49,603 bases of DNA from Gammaproteobacteria bacterium (GTDB taxonomy: Bacteria; Pseudomonadota; Gammaproteobacteria; JBPCXB01): assembly GCA_051008935.1 (NCBI GenBank), contig JBPCXB010000144.1, forward strand, positions 1 to 49,603, read 5' to 3'. Under the pieces are notes generated by a model. The model saw nothing but the letters and a program-made list of their open reading frames with translations, made no database searches and was not told where the DNA came from. The position numbers were made by a program, and so were the translations under genes. Position 1 is the first letter of the stretch, and the number at the start of each line of letters is the position of its first letter. Positions 28,111 through 37,522 of this stretch are shown here, in pieces.

Positions 28111-29793
28111 ATGCCCCAAGATCCTCTGAGAAAATTTTCAGCCCCCCTCTTGGACGGCGCCGAACGCGCGCCTGGGCGGGCCATGCTGCGCGCCACTGGC
28201 TTCACAGACTCGGACTTCAAAAAACCTTTGGTCGGCATTGCCAGCACCTGGGGAACAGTATCTCCATGCAATATCCATCTGGATCAGCTGACAGATCGAT
28301 GCACGGATAGCCTGACACAGGCGGAATGCAAACCGATGCCCTTCAATACCATCACGGTTTCTGATGGCATCTCTATGGGTTCTACCGGCATGCGCTATTC
28401 GCTGGTATCCCGCGAAGTCATTGCAGACTCCATCGAAACAGTCGGAGGCGCTCAGGGCTTTGATGCTCTGGTTGCAATAGGTGGCTGCGATAAAAATATG
28501 CCCGGATGCATCATGGGGCTTTTACGGCTGGATCGCCCGTGTATTTTTATCTACGGCGGTAGCATCCGACCGGGCAAAAACCACACAGATATCGTGTCGG
28601 TCTTTGAAGCAGTGGGTGAACACGCCAAAGGCGAAATAGACGATCAGGAGCTTTTAGCCGTCGAGCGCGTTGCCATACCGGGGCCCGGAGCCTGTGGCGG
28701 CATGTACACAGCCAACACCATGGCTTGCGCCATTGAGGCAATGGGGCTGGCATTGCCCGGGTCATCCTGCCGCGATGCCCTCAGCGAGGACCAGACAACC
28801 GATCTGGCACAAATGGGCAATACCATGCGCACCCTGCTCGAACGAGACCTGCGCCCCTCCAACATCCTGACACGGGCGTCTTTTGACAACGCGATTACCA
28901 TAGTTATTGCCCTGGGCGGCTCGACCAACGCCGTGCTCCACCTACTGGCCATGGCCAGCACAGCCGGTATCGATCTGGAACTGGACGATTTCACGCGTAT
29001 CGGTCAGCGTGTACCGGTACTGGCCGATCTGCGCCCCTCCGGTCGGTACCTGATGTCTGAATTCAACGCACTGGGTGGCATCAAGCCTCTGATGCGCACC
29101 CTACTCGATGCCGACCTACTGCAGGGGCAATGCATGACCATCACCGGAAAGACTCTGGCAGAGAACCTAGAAAACACCGCTCCTTATCCGTCTGGGCAGC
29201 AGATTATCCAGCCCCTCAGTGCCCCTCTCAAACAAACGAGCCATATCTGTATCCTTAGAGGCAATCTGGCACCTGAAGGCGCAGTTGCCAAAATATCGGG
29301 CAAAGAGGGCGAGGTATTTTCGGGCCGCGCACGCACTTTCGATTCCGAAGAAGAAGCCATGCAAGCCATTCTGGAACAAAAAATAGAGCCAGGGGACATC
29401 GTTGTCATACGCTACGAAGGGCCTGTAGGAGGGCCGGGCATGCGCGAAATGCTGGGGCCGACATCGGCCATCATGGGCTTAGGGATGGGCGATTCAGTGG
29501 CTCTAATTACGGATGGGCGCTTTTCGGGGGGAACGCACGGATTCGTAGTGGGGCATATCACTCCCGAAGCAGCATTGGGCGGCCCGCTTGCGCTGGTTGA
29601 AGAAGGCGACACCATCACCATCGATGCCCGATGCAATGAGCTGACGCTATTGCTGGATGACCAAGAGCTCAAAGCCCGAAGGGCCAGCTGGAACCTACCC
29701 AAACAACCTCCGCAACGGGGGGTGTTGGCCAAGTACGCGCGCCAGGTTCAATCGGCTTCCGAAGGAGCCATTACCGACTCAGACCGCAGTTAA
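28111..29793 (+). CDS. ilvD: Dihydroxy-acid dehydratase
   Basis: [63 protein letters not shown]. Confidence 0.98.
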   Translation: MPQDPLRKFSAPLLDGAERAPGRAMLRATGFTDSDFKKPLVGIASTWGTVSPCNIHLDQLTDRCTDSLTQAECKPMPFNTITVSDGISMGSTGMRYSLVSREVIADSIETVGGAQGFDALVAIGGCDKNMPGCIMGLLRLDRPCIFIYGGSIRPGKNHTDIVSVFEAVGEHAKGEIDDQELLAVERVAIPGPGACGGMYTANTMACAIEAMGLALPGSSCRDALSEDQTTDLAQMGNTMRTLLERDLRPSNILTRASFDNAITIVIALGGSTNAVLHLLAMASTAGIDLELDDFTRIGQRVPVLADLRPSGRYLMSEFNALGGIKPLMRTLLDADLLQGQCMTITGKTLAENLENTAPYPSGQQIIQPLSAPLKQTSHICILRGNLAPEGAVAKISGKEGEVFSGRARTFDSEEEAMQAILEQKIEPGDIVVIRYEGPVGGPGMREMLGPTSAIMGLGMGDSVALITDGRFSGGTHGFVVGHITPEAALGGPLALVEEGDTITIDARCNELTLLLDDQELKARRASWNLPKQPPQRGVLAKYARQVQSASEGAITDSDRS

Positions 29794-29795
29794 AG

Positions 29796-30776
29796 TTAGA
29801 TCCAACCTTGATCCTGATACCATTTCAAGGTCTGTTTCAGACCCTCGGCTAGCAACGTCTGCGCGCGCCAACCGATGCGCTGTTCAGCGATGGAGGCATC
29901 ACAGGTCCAAGTATTGACTGCTATATCCCGTCCCCGACGCAAATCCAACTCGGGCGCCACACCGCGCATCCTGCCAAACCAATCGCTAATCCGTGCTACC
30001 GTCACAAACACCGCAGGCGGTAGATGCAGTACTCTGAGCTTCCCATCCATCTGAGCACGAAACAGCTCGGCTACTTGTTGCCAACGGTACTGCCCAGGCT
30101 CGCAGATATCTAGAGGGATGCCGGATAGACCCGGTGCAGCGGCTGCACAGGCAGCAACTATAGCAGCACCTGCATCGTCGGAATAAACAGGCTGCAAAAT
30201 CTGATGAGCAGGAGGAAGCAAAGCAAAACCGGTGCGCTTGGCAATAGCGAACAGGCTCAGTAAATCCGAATCGCGCGGGCCATAGACGCCTCCCAGACGC
30301 AGCAGGATCTTCTCCATATCGCCGCCCTGAGCGACAATGCCATCTTCTGCTTGCAGTTTGCTCACCCCATACGGGCTATCAGGCCCGCTGCCACCGTCTG
30401 GTCCACGGGCAGCCAGACTGCTGACGAATACAAAGCGCCGCACACCGGCTGCAGCAGCCAGACGTGCCAGTTCAACGCTGGCATCTGTATTCATCACCAG
30501 ATAATCTTGATCTTTGGCAGCACGAGTGATGGCAGCACAATGCAGCACGATATCGGCACCCTGCACAAGCTGTCCATAGTTTGATGCATCGTCCAGCCGA
30601 AAAGGCTGGCGGTCAAAATCCACCCCCTGAAGCCATTTGAGCGAGCTACTCTTACGCAAACCCAATGTCAGCTGCGCACCCTGTTGTGCCAACCCACGCG
30701 CCACAGCCGAGCCAACCAAACCGCTGGCTCCGGTCATAAAAATCCGCTTACCCGCAAGAGGCGATGCATTGGTCAT
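29796..30776 (-). CDS. NAD-dependent epimerase/reductase (extended SDR), candidate ceramide reductase CerR
   Basis: TGASGLVG, VSSLAARGP, YGVSK (YxxxK), VYGPRD; third gene of the spt operon. Confidence 0.75.
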   Translation of the reverse strand: MTNASPLAGKRIFMTGASGLVGSAVARGLAQQGAQLTLGLRKSSSLKWLQGVDFDRQPFRLDDASNYGQLVQGADIVLHCAAITRAAKDQDYLVMNTDASVELARLAAAAGVRRFVFVSSLAARGPDGGSGPDSPYGVSKLQAEDGIVAQGGDMEKILLRLGGVYGPRDSDLLSLFAIAKRTGFALLPPAHQILQPVYSDDAGAAIVAACAAAAPGLSGIPLDICEPGQYRWQQVAELFRAQMDGKLRVLHLPPAVFVTVARISDWFGRMRGVAPELDLRRGRDIAVNTWTCDASIAEQRIGWRAQTLLAEGLKQTLKWYQDQGWI

Positions 30777-30785
30777 GGAATTCTC

Positions 30786-31928
30786 TCAGCCTAACTTTTT
30801 CTGATACAAACCATATCTTTGATAGATATCGCCACCCGCACCAGCAATGACTTGATTGGCCAGCTGATTGTCTTCAAGCACCCAAGAGCACTCGGCCCCC
30901 TCATAGTCGGATTGATCGAAGGCCTGCATGGAATGCCAGATCAGAGCGGCTTCCAGCCCCTTGCCCCGCCATTCCGGCAACACGCCCATAATGGCCATAC
31001 GCATCCTCTTAATAATGGTACTTTTACGCAGAAAGTGCCACCAACCAAAGGGCAGGATATGGCCGTTCATTTTCTTGGTCAGCTGATTGCCATCGGGTAT
31101 ACACACCATGGCGGCTACTGGCTGACCATCAATTTCAATAATTGCGGTAAATCGAGTGTCCAATACCAACCTCAGATCGGCAGCTACAAACATATATTCC
31201 TGCTTGCTTTTGGGTCTTGCCCCCCAGTTTTCTTGCCACGCCTGATTGTAGAGCGAGAAGACAATATTCATATCTCGGGAGAATCGCAGGAGATTGACCT
31301 GCCTCATCGATACTCTGTCGCCCAGCCTTTTGAATATGCGCTCTGAAATACTACGCATACGCCGGCGCCCTTGCGGCTCGCCATAATAGCTCCAAGCATA
31401 GAGTTGCTTGATGATCTGATAATCCGACTCTTGCATCCATTGCGGATAGTCAGGCCCGTTGTAGGGCATCATGACATAGGCTGGGATATGAAAGCTATCC
31501 AGCTTGAAGCCAACGCCTTCTTCCATCGTCAGCGAAATAGGGCCACGTAACTGCTGAGCCGAGTGTGATTTGGCCCATCCTTCAGCGGCCGACAGCAATT
31601 GACGGGCAGCGGCGGCATCGGCTGCCTCAAACAACCCGAACATGGCGGTATTTTCGTTGTGGGTTTTATTGTGTACTGCATCCACAAACACAGCAATGCG
31701 ACCACATACAGTACCTTGAGCAGTGCGCGCCAACAGAAATGCAATTTCAGCATTCCGAAAAAACGGATTGTGGGCTGGATCGAGCCGGTGTGATTCTGAC
31801 AGCATAAATGGCGGCGCCCAAAGCGGGTCATCGCGGTATTTTGCAAAAGGGTAATACAAAAATTCCCGCTTTTGCCGGCGGGTTTCGACCCGCTCAATCG
31901 CTACGCTGCTATTCATATCCATAACCAA
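30786..31928 (-). CDS. Tandem-GNAT acyltransferase, candidate bacterial ceramide synthase bCerS
   Basis: Y..DPLWAPP, HNPFF, GRIA, FGLFEA, LRGP, MMPYN..Y, YNQAWQENWG, MGVLPEWRGKGL, ECSWVLEDN; lies between spt and the SDR. Confidence 0.75.
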   Translation of the reverse strand: MVMDMNSSVAIERVETRRQKREFLYYPFAKYRDDPLWAPPFMLSESHRLDPAHNPFFRNAEIAFLLARTAQGTVCGRIAVFVDAVHNKTHNENTAMFGLFEAADAAAARQLLSAAEGWAKSHSAQQLRGPISLTMEEGVGFKLDSFHIPAYVMMPYNGPDYPQWMQESDYQIIKQLYAWSYYGEPQGRRRMRSISERIFKRLGDRVSMRQVNLLRFSRDMNIVFSLYNQAWQENWGARPKSKQEYMFVAADLRLVLDTRFTAIIEIDGQPVAAMVCIPDGNQLTKKMNGHILPFGWWHFLRKSTIIKRMRMAIMGVLPEWRGKGLEAALIWHSMQAFDQSDYEGAECSWVLEDNQLANQVIAGAGGDIYQRYGLYQKKLG

Positions 31929-31942
31929 TACCTACAGCCCTG

Positions 31943-33184
31943 CTATAGAATCTCAGTTTGACGCCCAGCATCCTCAAAACATGTCAGCAGCTTTGCTAAT
32001 TCAGCATCGGTATGGCTGGCATTGATGCTGGCGCGTATCAAGCATTGCCCGGGCGGTACTCCAGGCGGCACCGAGGGTGTCGAAAAGACCTGCATATCCC
32101 ACAGCAACTTCCAAAAAATCGCTGTCAATTCAAGAGTCCCCGTCAATACGGGTACCACCGGAGTCTTAGTACCCATAATATCGAAGCCCAGATCCAACAA
32201 GCCCTGATGAAAAGTGAAGGTGTTACGCCAGAGTTTCTCCAGAAGTTCTGGCCTCTCTTGCATTAGTTCCAATGCCTTTAAAGCAGCGGCTACTTGGCTG
32301 GCCGGGCCGGCCGCATTGAACAGAAAAGGTCGAGCGCTGTGGCGAATATAGTTAATCACTTTTGCCGGACCGGCAATATAACCACCAACCGACGCCAAAG
32401 ATTTAGAAAAAGTACCCACATACAGATCCACGCGCTCATCCAGCCCGAAATAATTGGCCGTGCCGCGGCCCTGGTCGCCTAATACCCCCAGTGCATGAGC
32501 ATCGTCAACCAAAATCTGCGCGCCATATTTTTCGGCCAGATCGACTATCGTCGGCAGATCGGCAATATGCCCCACCATCGAGAATACCCCATCCACTACG
32601 ATCAATTTGCCGCCTTTCTTTTGTCCCTGATCTTTTTGCAGATAGCTCTCCAGAAGATCCAGGCGGCCATGGTGATAGCGTCTGAGCTTGGCGCCTGACA
32701 AGATAGCACCGTCATACAAACTGGCGTGGTTGTCTTTGTCGAAGTAGACAATATCATTGCGATCTACCAAGCCACTGAGCGCCGATAGGCTGGCCAGATA
32801 CCCAGCCGATGTAATCAGCACTGCCTCCTTGCCCAAAAATGCAGCCATCTTCTGCTCCAACTCGGCATGGATAGGCAAGCTACCGGTCAAAAGACGCGAG
32901 CCCGTGCAACTAGTGCCGTATTGTTCTATGGCTTTCTGTGCTGCCTCTTTGACCTCTGGTGCTTGGCTCAACCCCAAGTAATCATTGGAACCTGTAGCCA
33001 AATACTCCCTGCCTTCTATCTGGAGCGTGCCTCCATTAAACGCACTAATCGGCTGGAAAAACGGATAGGCACCCAGCACGGCACGGGCTTCTTCATCCCG
33101 TCGAAACTCTTGAGCACGTGCAAAAACACCTTGACCTGAATCTGATTGCAAAGGAATCCTCCTAATAGTACACTGATGATACAC
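31943..33184 (-). CDS. spt: Serine palmitoyltransferase-like alpha-oxoamine synthase
   Basis: GSNDYLGL, YGTSCTGSRLLTG, HASLYDG, VDDAHALG and PLP-lysine motif GTFSKS (SPT-type rather than BioF/Kbl TLGKA). Start uncertain. Confidence 0.8.
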   Translation of the reverse strand: MYHQCTIRRIPLQSDSGQGVFARAQEFRRDEEARAVLGAYPFFQPISAFNGGTLQIEGREYLATGSNDYLGLSQAPEVKEAAQKAIEQYGTSCTGSRLLTGSLPIHAELEQKMAAFLGKEAVLITSAGYLASLSALSGLVDRNDIVYFDKDNHASLYDGAILSGAKLRRYHHGRLDLLESYLQKDQGQKKGGKLIVVDGVFSMVGHIADLPTIVDLAEKYGAQILVDDAHALGVLGDQGRGTANYFGLDERVDLYVGTFSKSLASVGGYIAGPAKVINYIRHSARPFLFNAAGPASQVAAALKALELMQERPELLEKLWRNTFTFHQGLLDLGFDIMGTKTPVVPVLTGTLELTAIFWKLLWDMQVFSTPSVPPGVPPGQCLIRASINASHTDAELAKLLTCFEDAGRQTEIL

Positions 33185-33472
33185 CCCTAGGAACTATATT
33201 TTTCACCGCCCTCTCATCAAAAAAAGCCGCTGTTTTAGATCCTCTGCACTCACACGGATGTGTGCAAGTGGTCAGAATTATAATGCTTATATCTCATAGG
33301 CTTGCTGAAGCTAAACTAGAAATGGAACCTTTGTGGTTTCAAAACACAGCGGCCCCATAATTTAATGACCCACTGATCTCTCACGGGAACCCCCCTATCG
33401 ACTGCATGACAGACTCCGGCACCCCTTACAGCATAGCTGACAGGTCCTGCGCCCGATTCTGATACCCTTAAT

Positions 33473-35695
33473 ATGGCCTCCGAATCTCACCATAAGCGTA
33501 TTTCCTTTCTGGCGCATCTGCAACTGGAGATAGAGGGCCTGCTGGCTCCGGTCGGAAAATTTATTGTCCGCCATACCCCTGAATCCGTCCGCAATAATCT
33601 TTCTACCTTTGGCGAACTCATCTGGCAACTGCCACTTCTGACGCTTTGCTGGCTATCGATACTCCTTATACTGGTCATCGAAAAGGCAACTTGGGTAGCC
33701 AACGATCCAAGAGGCCTGATCAGCTGGACAAATTCCGTCACCAGCGACGGCCTACCGGTATTCCTGTGCGGCGCCCTGTTGCTGGCATCTTGCTTCCTGC
33801 GTCAAAAATGGGCACGTTTTCTGGTGCGGCTGCCAGCTCTTTTGATCCTGATCGCCATGCTGGCCGATATGAATATCCGAGATCTGTTCTCCACGCGCAT
33901 GAATTGGGACGATGTGCTGCCCTATCTGGATATCAGCTCTAGCCTAACAGTGCTCATTCAGGACAAGCCGCTGCTATTGATCGTCTTGCTCGCACTGCCG
34001 GTAGCCATACCTATCGTACTCACACGCCGGATGGGCCAAGTTCCCTACGAGACCATTGCTCTGGGATCCGCCACCGCACTTTCCCTGCTGCTATTTATGT
34101 TCAATAATGACAGCAGCACCTCGCCATCGGCTTGGCAATGGAAAAATATCCTTACTTTTAACAACAGGGATATTGATCGCAGCTACAGCCAATATAACCC
34201 CGACGAATACTGGTATCCGGTATCCGGTTGCACCGCTCTACCGGGGCAAATACCTCAATACGACAAAATCATGCTGGTCGTGGTCGAGTCGTTATCGTCT
34301 TATCAATCCATGTACTTTTCAGGGCTCAATAATTGGACCCCCGAATTGGACGCACTGGCCGAGAAGGGCCAGAGCCTGAACAATTTCCACGCCAATGGTT
34401 TCAACACTGCCGGCGGCCTAGTGGCCCTTCTAGCTGGCGACATACCGATACAACCACCAGCCAAAATCGAATGGCGCTTCAGCTTCTCGTTTCTCAGCCC
34501 GCTCTCTGCTGTTTGGGGCTACATAGCCAGCATACCCAGTTATCTAGGGGATTTATTCAGACCCGCGATTCAGGCTATAGGGCGGGAAATGATAGCAGCC
34601 GATCAAATTTTCTTGCGCTCAGGGGTGGATTTGAGGGATATTGGCTTGGATCTGAAAAGCGCAGGCTTGCTGTTGATCGGTGCAGTAGCAGAAGACCCAA
34701 CAGAAACAGAAGAAACGCCAACCGAAGCAACAACAGATGAGCCTGCGGACGAACTTACGGACCAAACCGCCGCCTATGGTCAGATACCCATACTGAATCG
34801 CCTACCCACAGACCAGAACGATAGCCTGCTGAACCTACTCAGACGCCAAGGCTACAGAAGCCACTTCGTCACCTCAGGCAATCTGGATTTCTCCGGCAAA
34901 GCAGATTGGCTCAAACTCATTGGCTTTGATGAGCTCGAAGGCGATGAACATGCAGCCTACGACGGGCACCGAAAATTTATATTCAACAGCTCTGCCGATG
35001 AACATTTGTACCGAAGGGTACTACGAAAGCTAGAGGAAGTCGATGATTCTTGGTTCATGGTGATCGAAACGACCAGTTCTCATGCACCTTATATTGATCC
35101 TGTAAGCGGCCAAGCTTCTCTCGAAAAAACAATCCGATACGCCGATCAGCAATTGGGAACCTTTGTGCGCCAGCTTGAGCAAACCGATTTTTTCATCCAA
35201 GGCGGTCTACTTATTGTCACCAGCGACCATCGAAGCATGAATCGCATAGGCCCAGAAGAATTCAATCTGCGTAAAGGAAGGGCAGAAAGTTGGATTCCTC
35301 TTGTTATGTACGACCAGAATCAAAGCAGATGGCTACGAAGCCAGAATGCGCGCCTGTACCGACCCGGAATACAGCCGGCATACCAGCAAATTGACCTCTA
35401 CAATGGGCTGAGAAGCCTGATTTCGCAAGAAAGCTGCCCGACCCCATGGCGCGGCGATCTCATTAGCAAAAAACCCGCTCAATGCCAGCTCTATACCCCA
35501 ACCGGCGAGCGTAGCCACCTCTACGTCAACTGCACACGCCAGCAGTTCATAGTCAACCTAAAAGGCGACCAAACAGAATCCTTACTGAAAAAACAACTTC
35601 CAGACTGGCTGAATGGACAAATAGCATACTGGCGAAACAATCCGCCTCTGTACCGCCATGAGGCACTGGAGCAGGAAGTTGCAGAAGAGTTGTAA
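33473..35695 (+). CDS. LTA synthase / alkaline-phosphatase-superfamily membrane phosphotransferase
   Basis: 4-5 N-terminal TMs; LVVVESLS, ANGFNT (Thr nucleophile), TTSSHAPY, VTSDH. Confidence 0.82.
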   Translation: MASESHHKRISFLAHLQLEIEGLLAPVGKFIVRHTPESVRNNLSTFGELIWQLPLLTLCWLSILLILVIEKATWVANDPRGLISWTNSVTSDGLPVFLCGALLLASCFLRQKWARFLVRLPALLILIAMLADMNIRDLFSTRMNWDDVLPYLDISSSLTVLIQDKPLLLIVLLALPVAIPIVLTRRMGQVPYETIALGSATALSLLLFMFNNDSSTSPSAWQWKNILTFNNRDIDRSYSQYNPDEYWYPVSGCTALPGQIPQYDKIMLVVVESLSSYQSMYFSGLNNWTPELDALAEKGQSLNNFHANGFNTAGGLVALLAGDIPIQPPAKIEWRFSFSFLSPLSAVWGYIASIPSYLGDLFRPAIQAIGREMIAADQIFLRSGVDLRDIGLDLKSAGLLLIGAVAEDPTETEETPTEATTDEPADELTDQTAAYGQIPILNRLPTDQNDSLLNLLRRQGYRSHFVTSGNLDFSGKADWLKLIGFDELEGDEHAAYDGHRKFIFNSSADEHLYRRVLRKLEEVDDSWFMVIETTSSHAPYIDPVSGQASLEKTIRYADQQLGTFVRQLEQTDFFIQGGLLIVTSDHRSMNRIGPEEFNLRKGRAESWIPLVMYDQNQSRWLRSQNARLYRPGIQPAYQQIDLYNGLRSLISQESCPTPWRGDLISKKPAQCQLYTPTGERSHLYVNCTRQQFIVNLKGDQTESLLKKQLPDWLNGQIAYWRNNPPLYRHEALEQEVAEEL

Positions 35696-35826
35696 CGACA
35701 CAAGCTACAAATAATAAATCTGTGTCATGGCGGAACACAGATTAGGCACCATACGCACTAAAATGACTAGTCGACTGTCAAGTATCTGTGCTCTAAAAGC
35801 CTAGATACCAAACGGAGAATAGATCC

Positions 35827-36975
35827 ATGAAAATCACCAAACTCAACAAAACGCCCGACGAGCTCATACATTTCGATTTGGAAGAGCGTATGTCTCAAAC
35901 CGACATTGAAGATATCGTTGAAATTTTCAAGACCCCTATAGTCGGCTCTTACAACTGGGACTATACCGACGCCGACAATCGCATCAAACGCCTTTATGAA
36001 CTGGGCAAAAAGCTCAACTGGAATGCTTCAGATGATCTGGATTGGTCAATTAATTACCCCAAAGATCAAAAGCCCTCCAAAGCCAATCTGGAAGAGCATC
36101 TGTTTGAAGGCTGGGATTCTTTCCATAACCTCAGTGAAGAAGATCGACTGCAACTCGCTTGGCACGATTATTCCTGGACACTGAGCCAATTCCTACACGG
36201 CGAACAGGGGGCCTTGCTGGTCGCATCCCAGCTTGTGTCCTGTGCGCCTACCTACCAAGCCAAACTCTACGCTGCTTCACAGACCTTTGATGAAGCGCGC
36301 CATGTCGAAGTATTCAACCGCTATCTCCAGCAGAAAGTCGGCTTCTCATACCCTATCAATCCCAACCTCAAAATGCTTCTGGATAAGGTGCTAACTGATG
36401 AACGCTGGGATCTGAAATTCATCGGCATGCAAATCATTATCGAGGGCTTGGCGCTAGCAGCGTTCAACTCTATGAAAATGACGACCAATGACGAGTTGGC
36501 ACGCAATATCGTCCATTATGTCATTCGTGATGAAGCGCGCCATGTCACTTTCGGAGTCAACTATCTGGAAGAATTTGTAGCGACTCTCACCGAGAAAGAA
36601 CGCGAAGATCGGGCTCAGTTTGCCTTCGAAGCCTGCATGATTATGCGCGACCGCATTATGGCCATTGATGTCTATCAAAGATTCATGCCTCATGAAACAA
36701 CGGAAAACATCCGATCCAGAATATTCGGCACAGACCCGAATGTTCAATTCCGCAACTTGCTGTTTTCACGCGTTGTCCCCAACCTATCGCGTATTGGCCT
36801 GATCACAGATTCAATCAGAGAGCGCTACGATCAAATCGGCCTGCTGGACTTTGAACAAGCGCCCAGTGACTGGGAAATCGACTGGAGCGAGATGGAAAAG
36901 CCGCTTGAAAGCAGCGAAGACATAGCCACACAGGCTACCCGCCAGTCAGAAGCCCTATTCGGAAGCAGCGACTAA
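35827..36975 (+). CDS. Ferritin-like di-iron protein (AurF/R2-like oxygenase family)
   Basis: Two E..DEARH pairs: HGEQGAL..DEARH and IEGLA..DEARH; GGAG RBS upstream. Confidence 0.85.
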   Translation: MKITKLNKTPDELIHFDLEERMSQTDIEDIVEIFKTPIVGSYNWDYTDADNRIKRLYELGKKLNWNASDDLDWSINYPKDQKPSKANLEEHLFEGWDSFHNLSEEDRLQLAWHDYSWTLSQFLHGEQGALLVASQLVSCAPTYQAKLYAASQTFDEARHVEVFNRYLQQKVGFSYPINPNLKMLLDKVLTDERWDLKFIGMQIIIEGLALAAFNSMKMTTNDELARNIVHYVIRDEARHVTFGVNYLEEFVATLTEKEREDRAQFAFEACMIMRDRIMAIDVYQRFMPHETTENIRSRIFGTDPNVQFRNLLFSRVVPNLSRIGLITDSIRERYDQIGLLDFEQAPSDWEIDWSEMEKPLESSEDIATQATRQSEALFGSSD

Positions 36976-37010
36976 CACACCAACACGCGCCAGCCGCTCC
37001 ACCTGTACCA

Positions 37011-37451
37011 ATGATCTACAGGCTCTTGCACAAGCACGCTGACAGCATCGGCATCTCTGCATCCGTGATCTGTCTAGTGCACTGTCTGGCGTTACCCGTC
37101 TCTGCCGCCATTGCCCCCCTTGTTTTGATCACATGGATGGCATCTCCTTGGTTCCATCTGACACTCCTGTTTCTAGTACTGCCTGTAGCTACCTGGGCAC
37201 TCATCTCCGGCTATCTAGAGCATCAGGACAAGAAGGTACTCTACGGCGGGCTATGGGGAGGAAGCACACTGATTATTGGCAGTTTTATCCCCGAGCTGCT
37301 CCATTCCGGGGCTCAACAATTGCATGCAGGCCCAAAACACTACAGCTTTTGGCTCGAATTCGGCCTGATGGCAACAGGTAGCCTGTTGCTCATTCATGCA
37401 CATGTCAAAAACTTTCAGCAGCGCCTGCACTCGGGGCATCACCAGCACTGA
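37011..37451 (+). CDS. MerC-domain membrane protein
   Basis: DSIGISASVICLVHCLALP, 4 TMs, terminal AHVKN and His-rich tail. Confidence 0.82.
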   Translation: MIYRLLHKHADSIGISASVICLVHCLALPVSAAIAPLVLITWMASPWFHLTLLFLVLPVATWALISGYLEHQDKKVLYGGLWGGSTLIIGSFIPELLHSGAQQLHAGPKHYSFWLEFGLMATGSLLLIHAHVKNFQQRLHSGHHQH

Positions 37452-37522
37452 GCACACGCTACCTAAGCGCTCCCTACTAATACTAAGTCCTGACTATTAC
37501 TAGACGCTGCCCGCCGGCGTCT

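Noticed and set aside
37011-37451. Mercury resistance operon
   Set aside because: Lone MerC-domain gene with no merR/merA/merP; such orphans are common.
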